Origin: an uncultured Solirubrobacteraceae bacterium
GTDB lineage: Bacteria; Actinomycetota; Thermoleophilia; Solirubrobacterales; Solirubrobacteraceae
NCBI GenBank assembly: GCA_963838655.1
Contig: CAWIRW010000018.1
Coordinates: 83,397-147,396, forward strand
Reading direction: 5' to 3'
Length of the DNA: 64,000 bases
Part shown: in pieces, positions 48,139-57,490 of the stretch
Layout of the letters: every line of letters starts with the position of its first letter
How positions within the stretch are numbered: position 1 is the stretch's first letter
The notes under the pieces: generated by a model
Seen by the model: only the letters and a program-made list of their open reading frames with translations
Database searches by the model: none
What the model was told of the DNA's origin: nothing
Translations under genes and position numbers: made by a program

Positions 48139-48444
48139 CTACCGCCGCAAAGCGAGCCGCGCCAGGCGGTCGTCCCACTCGGCGCCCACGGCGGCCATCC
48201 ACTCCATCGCGTCCACCATCGGGGCGGGAGTGAGCGTGTAGCGCGTCTCCCGCCCCTGGCGGGTCGACTCGACAAGGCCGGCGCTGGAGAGCGCGACGAG
48301 GTGCTTGGCGACGGCCTGGCGGGTGATCGGGAGCTCTCCCGCGAGATGTGATGCGGTCAGGCCGGGCCGCTCGGCGAGCGAGAGCATGACCTCGCGGCGC
48401 GTGGGGTCGGCCAGCGCCCCGAAGACCTCGTTCAGGCCGGGCAC
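48139..48444 (-). CDS. ArsR/SmtB family transcriptional regulator
   Basis: FGALADPTRREVMLSLAERPGLTASHLAGELPITRQAVAKHLVALSSAGLV. GTG 48444 overlaps the upstream SRPBCC gene by 13 nt. Confidence 0.8.
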   Translation of the reverse strand: MPGLNEVFGALADPTRREVMLSLAERPGLTASHLAGELPITRQAVAKHLVALSSAGLVESTRQGRETRYTLTPAPMVDAMEWMAAVGAEWDDRLARLALRR

Positions 48445-48770
48445 AGCGCGGCGGCGGAGGCCAGCGCGGTGAGCTTCGGGCCCCACACCACGTCGTGGCG
48501 CTCCTCGGTCACGACGAACCGCGTGCCCTCGTCGTGGTCTTCGAGCTGCCAGACGACCCGCGAGTCCTCCCAGCTGAACTCGATCAGCTCGCCGGGCTCG
48601 ACGCGCTCGACGACGCCCTCGCGATCGTCGAAGCGCAGCGGCGCGCCCTCCTCGGGCTCGAACTCGACGTCGTCGGCGAGCCACTCGCGCAGCTCGTCGG
48701 GCTCGGTCACCAGCTCCCACGCGCGCTCGCGGGGCACCGGGAGGACGATCTCGCGAGTCACGCAACTCAT
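48432..48770 (-). CDS. SRPBCC (AHSA1/START-like) domain protein
   Basis: 112-aa ORF starting REIVLPVPRERAWELVTEPDELREWLA, typical of SRPBCC proteins. Co-oriented with the ArsR gene and overlapping it. Confidence 0.75.
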   Translation of the reverse strand: MSCVTREIVLPVPRERAWELVTEPDELREWLADDVEFEPEEGAPLRFDDREGVVERVEPGELIEFSWEDSRVVWQLEDHDEGTRFVVTEERHDVVWGPKLTALASAAALCPA

Positions 48771-48820
48771 GGGTTGCGCATAGTACCATGGACGAAACGC
48801 GCAACCGGTTGCGGTTGCCT
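48761..48820. promoter_or_regulatory. cluster of GTTGCG(C)/GCGCAAC half-sites in the divergent SRPBCC-ArsR / clpP control region
   Basis: CGCAAC 48761-48766, GTTGCGC 48773-48779, GCGCAAC 48799-48805, GTTGCG 48808-48813 and GTTGCC 48815-48820. GGTTGCGC-N19-GCGCAACC is a perfect 8-bp inverted repeat. TACTAT -10-like box on the minus strand. Confidence 0.4.
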
Positions 48821-48843
48821 AACAGGAGGAAAGGAAGACACCC

Positions 48844-49488
48844 ATGCCCCTGGTTCCCGTCGTCGTCCAGCAGGACTCTCGTGGCGAGCGCTCGTTCGAC
48901 ATCTACTCCCGGCTGCTGCGCGAGCGCGTGGTGTTCCTCGGGAGCCCCGTCGACGACGACGTCGCCAACCTCGTCGTCGCCCAGCTCCTGCACCTCGAGG
49001 CCGAGGACCCGGAGAAGGACATCCAGCTCTACGTCAACTGCCCGGGCGGCGTGGTCTACGCCGGGCTGGCGATCTACGACACGATGCGCTTCATCAAGCC
49101 CGACGTGGCGACGACGTGCTGCGGGATCGCGATGTCGATGGGCTCGCTGATCCTGGCCGGCGGCGCTCCCGGCAAGCGGGCGGCGCTGCCGAACTCGCGC
49201 ATCCTGGTCCACCAGCCGAGCGGCGGCTTCCAGGGGCAGGCGACCGACATCCAGATCCATGCGCGCGAGGCGCTCGCGCTGCGCCGCCGGATCGAGGAGA
49301 TCTACGCCGAGCACACCGGCCGGCCGGTCGACGAGGTCTCCGACGCGCTCGAGCGCGACCGCTTCTTCACGCCCGAGGAGGCGCGCGACTACGGGCTCGT
49401 GGATCGGGTGATGGCGAGCCGCAACGGCTACGTGCCGTCGTCCTCGTACAGCGACTCGCGGGCGAGCTCGCCGGCCGAGTCGTCGTAG
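48844..49488 (+). CDS. clpP: ATP-dependent Clp protease proteolytic subunit
   Basis: AGGAGG RBS. Catalytic contexts GIAMSMGS (Ser) and ILVHQPSGG (His). The last ~20 codons overlap a convergent ORF and may not be authentic. Confidence 0.92.
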   Translation: MPLVPVVVQQDSRGERSFDIYSRLLRERVVFLGSPVDDDVANLVVAQLLHLEAEDPEKDIQLYVNCPGGVVYAGLAIYDTMRFIKPDVATTCCGIAMSMGSLILAGGAPGKRAALPNSRILVHQPSGGFQGQATDIQIHAREALALRRRIEEIYAEHTGRPVDEVSDALERDRFFTPEEARDYGLVDRVMASRNGYVPSSSYSDSRASSPAESS

Positions 49489-50048
49489 AGGGCGATCTCG
49501 AGGTAGTCCTCGCGGTAGGCGTCGGGCGCGATCAGCGTGTAGCGGTTCTCGGCCACCCGGCACTGGTCGACGGTCAGGCCCGCCAGCTCGGCGGTGGCCG
49601 TCGCGCCGCCGCGCACGAGCGGGACGCCCCACACGAGCGTCATCGCCGCGACCTTGCCGTTCTCGCCGCGCCAGCCGCCGATCACCTCTTCGCAGAGGTC
49701 CATCTCCCACTCGGGGTGGCGGTCGGAGGTCTCGTCGGTGAAGTCGGCCCACGAGTAGAAGTCGCCGGGCTCGGACTCCTCGTCGCCGGGGGTGAAGGAG
49801 ACGTAGCCGAAGAGGTCGAGCCCGTTGCTCGTGCGCGCCGTGACGGGGACGAACGTGCGTCCCGCCCACGTGCGGTCGGGGAACCACGTCATCGAGCCGG
49901 GATCGCCGAGCTCGGTGCCCTCGGTGTCGATCCGCAGGGCGGCGGCGAGGAACTCGGCCTGCAGCGTGTCGGCCCAGCGGCCGTACGGCAGCGGGTCCTG
50001 CGGGGGCTCGGCGGCGAAGCGGCAGACGAAGCGTTCCTCGGGCGGCAT
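49428..50048 (-). CDS. hypothetical acidic protein (206 aa)
   Basis: Long ORF with coding-type G/C third-position bias and a non-repetitive composition. I recognise no family. Confidence 0.55.
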   Translation of the reverse strand: MPPEERFVCRFAAEPPQDPLPYGRWADTLQAEFLAAALRIDTEGTELGDPGSMTWFPDRTWAGRTFVPVTARTSNGLDLFGYVSFTPGDEESEPGDFYSWADFTDETSDRHPEWEMDLCEEVIGGWRGENGKVAAMTLVWGVPLVRGGATATAELAGLTVDQCRVAENRYTLIAPDAYREDYLEIALYDDSAGELARESLYEDDGT

Positions 50049-50070
50049 GAGCGGGGCAGCTTAGTGCCCG

Positions 50071-50490
50071 CTACGGAACTTCGATGAGCAACGTCACCGG
50101 ACCGTCGTTGACGAGCGCGACGTCCATCATCGCTCCGAAGACGCCGCGCCGGGCGTCGAGGCGCGCGCAGAAGCGCTCGTACAGCGGCTCGGCGAGCTCG
50201 GGTCGCGCGGCGGCCACGTACGCGGGACGGTTGCCCTTGCGCGTGTCGCCGTAGAGCGTGAACTGGGAGACGCAGAGCACCTCGCGGTCGCCCAGCGGCT
50301 CGTTCATCCGGCCGTCGGCGTCGGGGAAGATCCGCAGGGTGCGGACCTTGTCCGCCAGGCGGTCCGCGTCGGCCTCCGTGTCGTCGTGCGTGATGCCGAG
50401 CAGCACGAGCAGCCCTGGCCCGATCTCGGCGACGCGCTCGCCCTCGACGTCGACCGACGCGCGGCTGACGCGCTGCACGAGCGCGCGCAT
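50071..50490 (-). CDS. dtd: D-aminoacyl-tRNA deacylase
   Basis: [13 protein letters not shown]...LLVLLGI...[15 protein letters not shown]...[11 protein letters not shown]. Confidence 0.9.
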   Translation of the reverse strand: MRALVQRVSRASVDVEGERVAEIGPGLLVLLGITHDDTEADADRLADKVRTLRIFPDADGRMNEPLGDREVLCVSQFTLYGDTRKGNRPAYVAAARPELAEPLYERFCARLDARRGVFGAMMDVALVNDGPVTLLIEVP

Positions 50491-51411
50491 CAGGCGACGA
50501 GCGACGCGGCCAGCAGCACGGGTACCGAGATCATCGTCGTCCACACGATGGCACCCGCGGCGAACGGCACGTCGAGTCCGTACACGTGGGCGAGCACGAC
50601 GATGTGGAGGCCGGCCGGCATCGTCGAGACGAGCAGGAAGGCCGCGGGCAGGTCGATGAACGGGGCCGCCAGCGCGACGAGCAGCGCGGGCGCGAGCAGC
50701 AGGCGGACCACGATCGCGGCGCCGATCGGCGCGCTCAGCGGCGGCGGGAACTTCAGCGCGCCCTCCTCGGCCTCCTCGGCCAGCGTCACCCCGACCGCGA
50801 AGAAGCCGAGCACCGGTACGGCGAACACGAGCGCGCGCGAGATGTCGACGAGCAGATCGGGCGCCAGCGCAGGCGGGCGCCGCGAGCGCGAGTACGACCG
50901 CCGCCAGCGGCGGGTTGCGCACGAAGAAGGCGCGGATCCGCTGCGGCACGGTCTCGCCCGCTTTGGTGCCGGTCGCGGCCGCGATCGCGAACGAGCCGAC
51001 GAAGAACACCGGCTGCTGGACGAGCGCGTCGTAGGCGACGGCCTCCGAGACGTCGTCGAAGCCCAGCAGGGCGGCCGTGACGGCGATCCCCATCAGCCCG
51101 GTGTTGGCCTGCAGCGCGACGATCGCCAGCACGCCGGCCGTGGGCCGCTCGAGGTGCAGCAGTCGGCGGCCCACGAACCACGCCACCAGCGCCGCGAGCA
51201 CGAGCGCGGCCCAGCCGAGGACGATTCCGATGCCGACGTCGGCGCTGACCTCGAGCCGCGCGATGTTGAAGAACGTGACGAACGGCATCACGCCGTAGAG
51301 CAGGAGCTTGAGGATTGCGCGCGCCCACCGCCCGGCACGGGCCCCCGCGCGCCGCTCGGCCTCGACCCCCGCCGCCAGCGACGCGGCGATGGCGAGGGCG
51401 ATCCAGATCAA
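50490..51411 (-). pseudogene. AEC (auxin efflux carrier) family transporter, one apparent +1 insertion near 50871
   Basis: The N-terminal half ...[14 protein letters not shown]...[19 protein letters not shown] continues in another frame as [29 protein letters not shown]...[21 protein letters not shown] overlap with the galT stop and TGATG overlap with dtd. Confidence 0.75.
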
Positions 51412-52388
51412 GCGTCGCGGAGCGCCGCCGCGGCGCGCTCGGGCGAGGTGATGCAGAGGTTCACGCCCGTCCCGAGCTCGAGCCCGGCGAGGTGCGTGAG
51501 GCGGGGCATGATGTCGATCCGCCAGCAGAAGCGGTCGGCGCCCTCGGGCGCGGTGCGGACCCACAGGTTGAGCGGCGGCGTGGCGCCCAGGTGGCGGCGC
51601 AGCCGGCTGAGGACGTCGTGCAGGAGCGCGGCGCCCAGCGGCCCGTCGTCCTCGAAGCGGGCACGCGAGCGGCGGGGCGCGATCATGAGCTGGAACGGCA
51701 CGCGGGAGGCATACGGCGCCATCGCCACCGCCTCGTCGTCGATCGCGACGATCCGCGCGCGTTGGCGGACCTCCTCCTGCACGAGGTCGGCGAGCACGTC
51801 GCCGCCCATCGTCCGGGCGGCGTAGGCGCCGAAGCGCTCCCGCTCACGGGCGATCGCGGCGGGCACGAAGCGCAGCGCGTAGAGCTGGGCGTGGGTGTGC
51901 GGGAGCGAGGCGCCCGCCTCCTTGCGCTCGTTGACGATCAGGTGGCGACAGGCGCAGCCGGCATGCGCGCGCATGCGCTCCCGCCACGCCTCCATCGCCG
52001 TCTGCACCTGCTCGGGCGTCAGGTCCGAGAGCGAGACGACGGGGTCCGGCGCGTTGACGATCACCTCGTGCCGGCCCGCGGCCGGCTGGGCGGTGAAGAG
52101 ATCGGGGTTGGCGTGCGGCTCGGGCTCGGTGGCGTCGGGCGCGAGCGCCGGGTAGAGGTTGGGGACGACGCGGACGGTCCAGCCGGGCGTGTCCGGCGCA
52201 CCGCCGTCCGGGCGCACCGCGTACAGCTCGGGCGGCGTCTGGTCCTCGTGGCCGAGGGCGAACGGGTCGCGCTCGGGATCGATCGGCGGCGGCGGCTCGA
52301 TGTCGAAGCCTCCGCCGGGCCGGCCGGCGCGTTCGGACGCGATGATGGTCTTGAGACCCGTGAGCGGGTCGACGCGGATCTCGCTCAC
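51408..52388 (-). CDS. galT: galactose-1-phosphate uridylyltransferase (HIT superfamily)
   Basis: VVPNLYPAL and the active-site context [15 protein letters not shown] 52388 forms a GTGA overlap with the upstream stop. Confidence 0.85.
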   Translation of the reverse strand: MSEIRVDPLTGLKTIIASERAGRPGGGFDIEPPPPIDPERDPFALGHEDQTPPELYAVRPDGGAPDTPGWTVRVVPNLYPALAPDATEPEPHANPDLFTAQPAAGRHEVIVNAPDPVVSLSDLTPEQVQTAMEAWRERMRAHAGCACRHLIVNERKEAGASLPHTHAQLYALRFVPAAIARERERFGAYAARTMGGDVLADLVQEEVRQRARIVAIDDEAVAMAPYASRVPFQLMIAPRRSRARFEDDGPLGAALLHDVLSRLRRHLGATPPLNLWVRTAPEGADRFCWRIDIMPRLTHLAGLELGTGVNLCITSPERAAAALRDA

Positions 52389-52966
52389 AGGTAGCGGTCG
52401 ATGTCGGCTTCCAGTTCGGCGCGGGTCGTGTACTCGCCCGCCTTGATGAACGCGGTGCGGCCGCGGTCGTCGACGAAGATCGTCATCGGGAAGAACTTGG
52501 CTGCCTTCAGCGTCTGGGCGATCTTCTCCGGCGCGGGGTCCTCGTAGGACGGATACGGGATCGGGCGCTCCGCGAGGAAGCGCTCGGCCGCCGGGCGCTT
52601 GTCCGCGGCGTTGAGGCCGAGGAAGGCGACGGTCTTGCCCCGCTCGCTGGCGACCTGCTGGAAGACCGGGAACTCGGACCGGCACGGGCCGCACCAGGAC
52701 GCCCACTTGTTGATCACCACGGGCGTCCCGCGGAGCTGCCGCAGGCGCTTCTCGAACGCCTCGACCCCGCCGGCGAGGATCGTCGCCGACTGCTCGTGCA
52801 GCGCCGCGAGCGGCGCCGGGGCGCCGGCCAGGTCGCGCTTGGCCTGGGCGAGGTCGAAGGCGTCGTCCGCGGCCGGCCGCTCGGTCTTCCCGCCCGCCTG
52901 GGCGAGCCCGATCACCACGACAGCGACCAGCGCGAGGGTGGCGAGAACGGCGATCAGGCGGCGCAT
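52385..52966 (-). CDS. TlpA/ResA-like membrane-anchored thiol-disulfide oxidoreductase
   Basis: N-terminal TM anchor and the thioredoxin motif WASWCGPCRSEFP. Confidence 0.85.
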   Translation of the reverse strand: MRRLIAVLATLALVAVVVIGLAQAGGKTERPAADDAFDLAQAKRDLAGAPAPLAALHEQSATILAGGVEAFEKRLRQLRGTPVVINKWASWCGPCRSEFPVFQQVASERGKTVAFLGLNAADKRPAAERFLAERPIPYPSYEDPAPEKIAQTLKAAKFFPMTIFVDDRGRTAFIKAGEYTTRAELEADIDRYL

Positions 52967-53165
52967 CTGGGGGTCAGGATGGCAAAGAGGACGAGCGGCT
53001 TCTCGACTCGCAGCTCGCGCGAGCGCCTAGCTAGAATGGACGAGCCTGCGGGGGCAGACGCTCTGAGGGCCCGATCCGGTTCCTTCGAGCCCGAGGTTCC
53101 TCGCAGAGGCGAGGCCGCGCGGAGTTCAGCCGCGGCCTTCTCACCGCGAATCGACGAGCCTTTCC

Positions 53166-55979
53166 TTGGCTGAGACCACGCCAGTGGCCACGACGGCTAC
53201 GACCCTACCTTCCACCGACGCGATCGAGCGGGCTTCGAAGTTTGCCCGCGAGCCGTTCCTCTCCGAGGGCGAGGATCCCGCGGCCCTGCTCGCGCCCGGC
53301 ACCGCCCATCGCCGGGCGCTCGACGCCGCGCTGGCGGAGATCGAGGCGGGCCTCGCCGCGCCTTCGGTGGCCTGGCGGCGCACGTTCTCGCTGCTGCTCG
53401 GCCTCGAGCGGCTGCTGAGCGTCGAAGAGCCCAAGCTGGTCGACGGCACGGTGCTCTCCGCCCACCAGGTCGACGCGCTCTCGGGCACGCTCACCGCTCT
53501 GCTCGCCGAGGCCCAGCGCAACGGGAACGGCAACGGCGCCGCCGCCATCGTCGATCCGGTGCTCGCGCCGGTCGGCATCCCGGGCGAGGAGGAGCTCGAC
53601 GACGAGGACGAGCCCGAAGAGCCGATGGACTGGGACGAGTCCTCCGGCGACGAGCCCGCCGAGGCGGAGGAGGACCCGAACGCCGGCAAGCGCTTCTGGT
53701 TCGAGCACGCCACGGGCGCCGGCAAGACGGTGGCGGCGCTCGGCTTCGTGGAGGCGTCGCGCACCGGCGGGGTGCTCATCCTCACCCACCGCCGCAACCT
53801 CGTCGACCAGTTCCACGGCGAGCTGCGCGACCGCGGATACGGCAAGCGCATCTGCCCCGCCCTGCTCAAGGGCGAGGACCGCGCCGACGGGCCGGTCACG
53901 GTCGAGACCTACCAGTGGTTCGTGCGCAACGCCGGCAACGTCTCCGACGCGTACACGATCGTCATCTGCGACGAGGCGCACACCGCGCTGGGGGAGAAGA
54001 CCTCGGCGTCGATCCGCCAGTGGGCGGGCCCGATCTTCATCGGCATGACCGCGACAGGCGCCCTGATCGCCCGCCACGTCACCGACCTGTTCCCGACGCA
54101 GACCTCGCGCTTCGATCTCGCGCAGGCCGCACGCCGCGGCGTGATCTCCCCGCTGCGATGCGTGCGCATCCCGCCGGGGCCGGGCGTGCGGACGATCGCC
54201 AAGGTGCCGCTGCGCCGCGGCGAGGTGGACACCGAGTTCGACCAGGAGATGCTGGCCGAGCTGCTGGACCAGCTGCCGTTCAACCTGGCGATCGCCGACC
54301 TCTACAAGACGCGCTTCAACGGCGTGCCGGGCGTCGTCTACGCCGCCGGCGTGCGCCACGCGTACAACGTCGCGCAGGCGTTCCGCGACGTCGGGCTGAA
54401 GGCGCAGGCCGTGTCCGGCGAGACGCGCAAGCGCGAGCTGGCCAACATCCTCGCCCGCTACGAGCGCGGCGACATCGACGTGCTGGTCAACGCCCAGCTG
54501 CTCGCCGAGGGCTGGAACTCGCCGCGCGCGACGGTCTGCATGCACCTCGCGCCGACGGCGTCGCGACGCATCTACCAGCAGCGCGTGGGCCGCGTGACGC
54601 GCCGTCACCAGGGCAAGGAGGCCGGCATCGTCGTCGACTTCGTGCATCCGGCGACCAAGCACGACGACCCGGTCGTGACGCTGCACTCGCTGCTCGATCG
54701 CGACGTCTACCGCGGCGGCGCGATCGTGGTCGGCCCGGTGCGCCGCGGCCGCGGCCGACGGCTGCGCGTCGAGCGCCGCGTGCTCCCCGTCACCGGCGAC
54801 GAGAACCGCCGGATCGAGGTCTTCGAGCGCGAGCTGTGGCGGATCGCCGTCGAGCACCTCGACTACGGCGAGCAGGTCCAGTGGGCGGCGCTCGCGGGCG
54901 CTCGCGTGGCCCCGACGGGCTGGCGGCGGGCGCGGGCGATGCTGCACTTCGACCAGGGCGGCGAGCTCAAGCGCACGTTCCTCACGACCGCGGTCGAGCG
55001 CAACAAGAACCCGCAGCTGCGGCTGAAGGCGCTGCAGGAGATCGCGGCCGGGAAGGACGCCGAGGCGTTCGACCGCGCGCTCGACTTCGTCGAGACGTGG
55101 CCGCGCGAAGATAAGCGCGAGGGCGTGAAGGTCGTGCTCCAGGCGCTGGCCGAGAAGAAGATCGGGCGGCGCGACCAGGCCAACAACTGGATCTGGCGCT
55201 GCGCGAACATGACGCGCGAGGTGCACGAGGAGTACGCCGTGCAGCGCTGGCCCGAGACGAAGCGGCTGCTCGGCCTGCTCGTGAACTCGTCGGGCGGCGC
55301 CCACGCGCGCAACGCGCGCCGGCTGGTGCACGCGGCGCGCCAGCAGGACCGCCGGCTGGCGGCGGCGCTGCTGGCGGCGGCGCTCCCGCACACCGCCGAG
55401 GCCGGCGAGGTCGTCAACGGCGCGCGCACCCGGATGTCGCGCAAGCCGGCGGCTCTGGCGCGCGAGCTGCTGCGCAACTTCCCGAAGGGCAAGGGGCGCT
55501 CGAAGCGGCGCCGCAAGCGCAAGCCCGCGGGAGAGGAGACAGCGCCCGAGGTCGTGACGGCGTCCACGGCGGTCGAGTCGGGCGACGGAGGGGCTCCCAA
55601 GCCGCGCCGCTCTCGCCGCCGGCGCGTGTCGGCCGACGACGGTCAGCCCGCTCCGGAGTCCGCGACCACCGGCGAGGCGCCAGCCGACGACTCGCCGGCG
55701 CCCGAGGAGGCGCCGAAGCGTCGCGCGCGCCGCCCGCGCGCGGCGGCCGCCACCGATGGCGCGCCCGCCGAGGCGCCGAAGCCCCGCGCACGGCGGACGA
55801 AGGCCCCCGACGCCGCCGTGGCGCCGAAGGCCGACGACGGCTCGCCGACCGCCGACGCGCCGAAGCCCCGGCCGCGGCGACGCGCCACGCCCAAGGCTCC
55901 GCCCAACGGCGCCACGAACCCGCTCGAAGCCGCCACCGAGGCGGTCCGGGCCGCGGTCCGCGGCGCCTCCAGCGACTGA
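53166..55979 (+). CDS. superfamily 2 DEAD/DEAH-box helicase (type III restriction Res-like core) with a long helical region and a basic Pro/Ala/Arg-rich tail
   Basis: Motif I HATGAGKT, motif II ICDEAH, motif VI QRVGRVTR. Intact 937-aa ORF. The C-terminal ~150 aa hold repeated APKPRxRR-like units. Confidence 0.85.
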   Translation: MAETTPVATTATTLPSTDAIERASKFAREPFLSEGEDPAALLAPGTAHRRALDAALAEIEAGLAAPSVAWRRTFSLLLGLERLLSVEEPKLVDGTVLSAHQVDALSGTLTALLAEAQRNGNGNGAAAIVDPVLAPVGIPGEEELDDEDEPEEPMDWDESSGDEPAEAEEDPNAGKRFWFEHATGAGKTVAALGFVEASRTGGVLILTHRRNLVDQFHGELRDRGYGKRICPALLKGEDRADGPVTVETYQWFVRNAGNVSDAYTIVICDEAHTALGEKTSASIRQWAGPIFIGMTATGALIARHVTDLFPTQTSRFDLAQAARRGVISPLRCVRIPPGPGVRTIAKVPLRRGEVDTEFDQEMLAELLDQLPFNLAIADLYKTRFNGVPGVVYAAGVRHAYNVAQAFRDVGLKAQAVSGETRKRELANILARYERGDIDVLVNAQLLAEGWNSPRATVCMHLAPTASRRIYQQRVGRVTRRHQGKEAGIVVDFVHPATKHDDPVVTLHSLLDRDVYRGGAIVVGPVRRGRGRRLRVERRVLPVTGDENRRIEVFERELWRIAVEHLDYGEQVQWAALAGARVAPTGWRRARAMLHFDQGGELKRTFLTTAVERNKNPQLRLKALQEIAAGKDAEAFDRALDFVETWPREDKREGVKVVLQALAEKKIGRRDQANNWIWRCANMTREVHEEYAVQRWPETKRLLGLLVNSSGGAHARNARRLVHAARQQDRRLAAALLAAALPHTAEAGEVVNGARTRMSRKPAALARELLRNFPKGKGRSKRRRKRKPAGEETAPEVVTASTAVESGDGGAPKPRRSRRRRVSADDGQPAPESATTGEAPADDSPAPEEAPKRRARRPRAAAATDGAPAEAPKPRARRTKAPDAAVAPKADDGSPTADAPKPRPRRRATPKAPPNGATNPLEAATEAVRAAVRGASSD

Positions 55980-55985
55980 GCCGCG

Positions 55986-56684
55986 TTAGGTCAGGTGCAC
56001 CTCGCCGGCGTCGAGCACGATCTCGCCTCCGCCGTCGAGCCGCACCCGCAGCGCGCCGCGCTCGTCGATGCCGGCCCCGGTCCCCGAGCCCGCGGCCCAG
56101 GTCAGCCGGCGGCCGAGCAGCGCGTCGCGCTCGCGCAGCGCCGCGAGACACGCGTCCGTCGGCTCCGCGAGCCGTCGCTCGAGCGCGTGCAGCAGTTCCG
56201 CCAGCGCGGCGTCGAGCTCGCGCGCGGACGCCCCAGCGTCCCGCGCTCCGGCGATCAGGTCGCCGGCTCGAGCGCGACGTTGACGCCGATGCCGAGCACC
56301 GCCCAGCCCTCCTGCGGCCGGCCCTCGGCGAGGATGCCGGCGACCTTCAGCCCGTCGAGGAGCACGTCGTTGGGCCACTTGACGCGCGCGGCCGCGCCCG
56401 CGAGGTCGGCGACGGCGAGCCCCGCGCGCAGCGAGAGCAGCGCGTCGTGCTCTCGCAGCACGAGCGAGAGCAGCAGCGCCGAGCCGGCCGGCGCGACCCA
56501 CGTCCGCCCCTGGCGCCCGCGGCCGGCCGTCTGGACGCCCGCGGTGACCAGCGTGCCGTGAGGCGCTCCGGCGATCGCCAGCGTCGCGCGCTCGGTCGTT
56601 GGTCGACGTCGTCTCGCGCAGGTGCAGGCGCGGGCGTCCGAGGCGCACACGGCCCCCGGGCCGGACCTCGTCGCCCGAGTTCAC
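55986..56684 (-). pseudogene. birA: biotin--[acetyl-CoA-carboxylase] ligase, two apparent frameshifts (+1 near 56582, -1 near 56263-56266)
   Basis: ETTSTNDRAR, then LAIAGAPHGTLVTAGVQTAGRGRQGRTW...KWPNDVLL...GIGVNVALEP, then GDLIAGARDAG...GEIVLDAGEVHLT. The central third is in the frame of listed ORF 56255..56650. Confidence 0.8.
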
Positions 56685-57490
56685 TCCGCCTCCAGGCGCA
56701 CCTCGTCGCCCGGCCGGACGCCGAGCAGCGCCGCCGCGTCGCCGCCGTTGACGGCCAGCGCCAGCGCGCCGCCTGCGTCCTCGTAGAGCAGCAGCGCTCC
56801 CGACCCGACGTCGGAGAAGGTGCGCGCGACGACGCCGCGCACCCGCCGCCCGCCGGTGCGCGCCGCGACCGCGTCGCCGAGCCGCAGCCCGCGCTCCATC
56901 AGGTCGGCGTGGCTGGCGTCGAGGATCGCGTTGCCGTACGTGTCCGCCGCCACGACGTGCGCCACCAGCGCGTCACTCTCCTGGCGTGGCCGCGAGCGCT
57001 CGAGCGTGACGAGCTCTGCGGCGTCGACCGGCGCGCCCGCCTGCGCCAGCGGCTCCCCGCACGCGAGGCGGGCGGCCACCGGCGCGAAGACGTCGCGGCC
57101 GTGGAACGTCGCCGACACCGGCTCGAGGCGCCATGCCGACGCGGAGATCTCGACCGCCTCCGCCACGCCGCCGAACCGCTCGGCCGCGGGCACGAGGAGG
57201 CCATTGTCGGGGCCGACGAGCAGCCGGTCCTCCGCCTGCGTGCGCAGCGCGATCGCCCGCCGCTGCGCGCCCACCTCGGGATCGACCACCGCCAGGTGGA
57301 CGCCGGCGGGCGCGTACGGAAGCGCACGCTCGAGCATCCGCGCTCCCGCCTGCACGTCCTGTCGCGGAACGCCGTGGCCGAGGTCGATCACGCGCGCGTC
57401 CGGCGCGAGACGGGCGATCACGCCGTGGACCACGCCGACGAACTCGTCGGCCAGCCCGTAGTCGGAGAGGAACGTGATCGGGAGCGTCAT
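56681..57490 (-). CDS. SAM hydrolase / SAM-dependent halogenase family protein (DUF62, SAM hydroxide adenosyltransferase-like)
   Basis: [21 protein letters not shown]...[19 protein letters not shown] overlap upstream and GTGA overlap downstream. Confidence 0.8.
   Translation of the reverse strand: MTLPITFLSDYGLADEFVGVVHGVIARLAPDARVIDLGHGVPRQDVQAGARMLERALPYAPAGVHLAVVDPEVGAQRRAIALRTQAEDRLLVGPDNGLLVPAAERFGGVAEAVEISASAWRLEPVSATFHGRDVFAPVAARLACGEPLAQAGAPVDAAELVTLERSRPRQESDALVAHVVAADTYGNAILDASHADLMERGLRLGDAVAARTGGRRVRGVVARTFSDVGSGALLLYEDAGGALALAVNGGDAAALLGVRPGDEVRLEAE

Noticed and set aside
49428-49488. 61-nt convergent overlap of the clpP 3' end with ORF 49428..50048 as a possible antisense regulatory arrangement
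   Set aside because: The clpP tail ([24 protein letters not shown]) looks like antisense read-through of the opposite gene. This is more likely a missed stop or an indel than biology, and it cannot be resolved from sequence alone.
52983-53173. 63-codon ORF (MAKRTSGFST...) upstream of the helicase gene
   Set aside because: About a third of its codons end in A or T, unlike genuine genes in this window. The region contains hairpins (CCTCGC-AGAG-GCGAGG, GGCCGCG...CGCGGCC) and a TAGAAT box. It is more likely the helicase 5' leader or promoter region.
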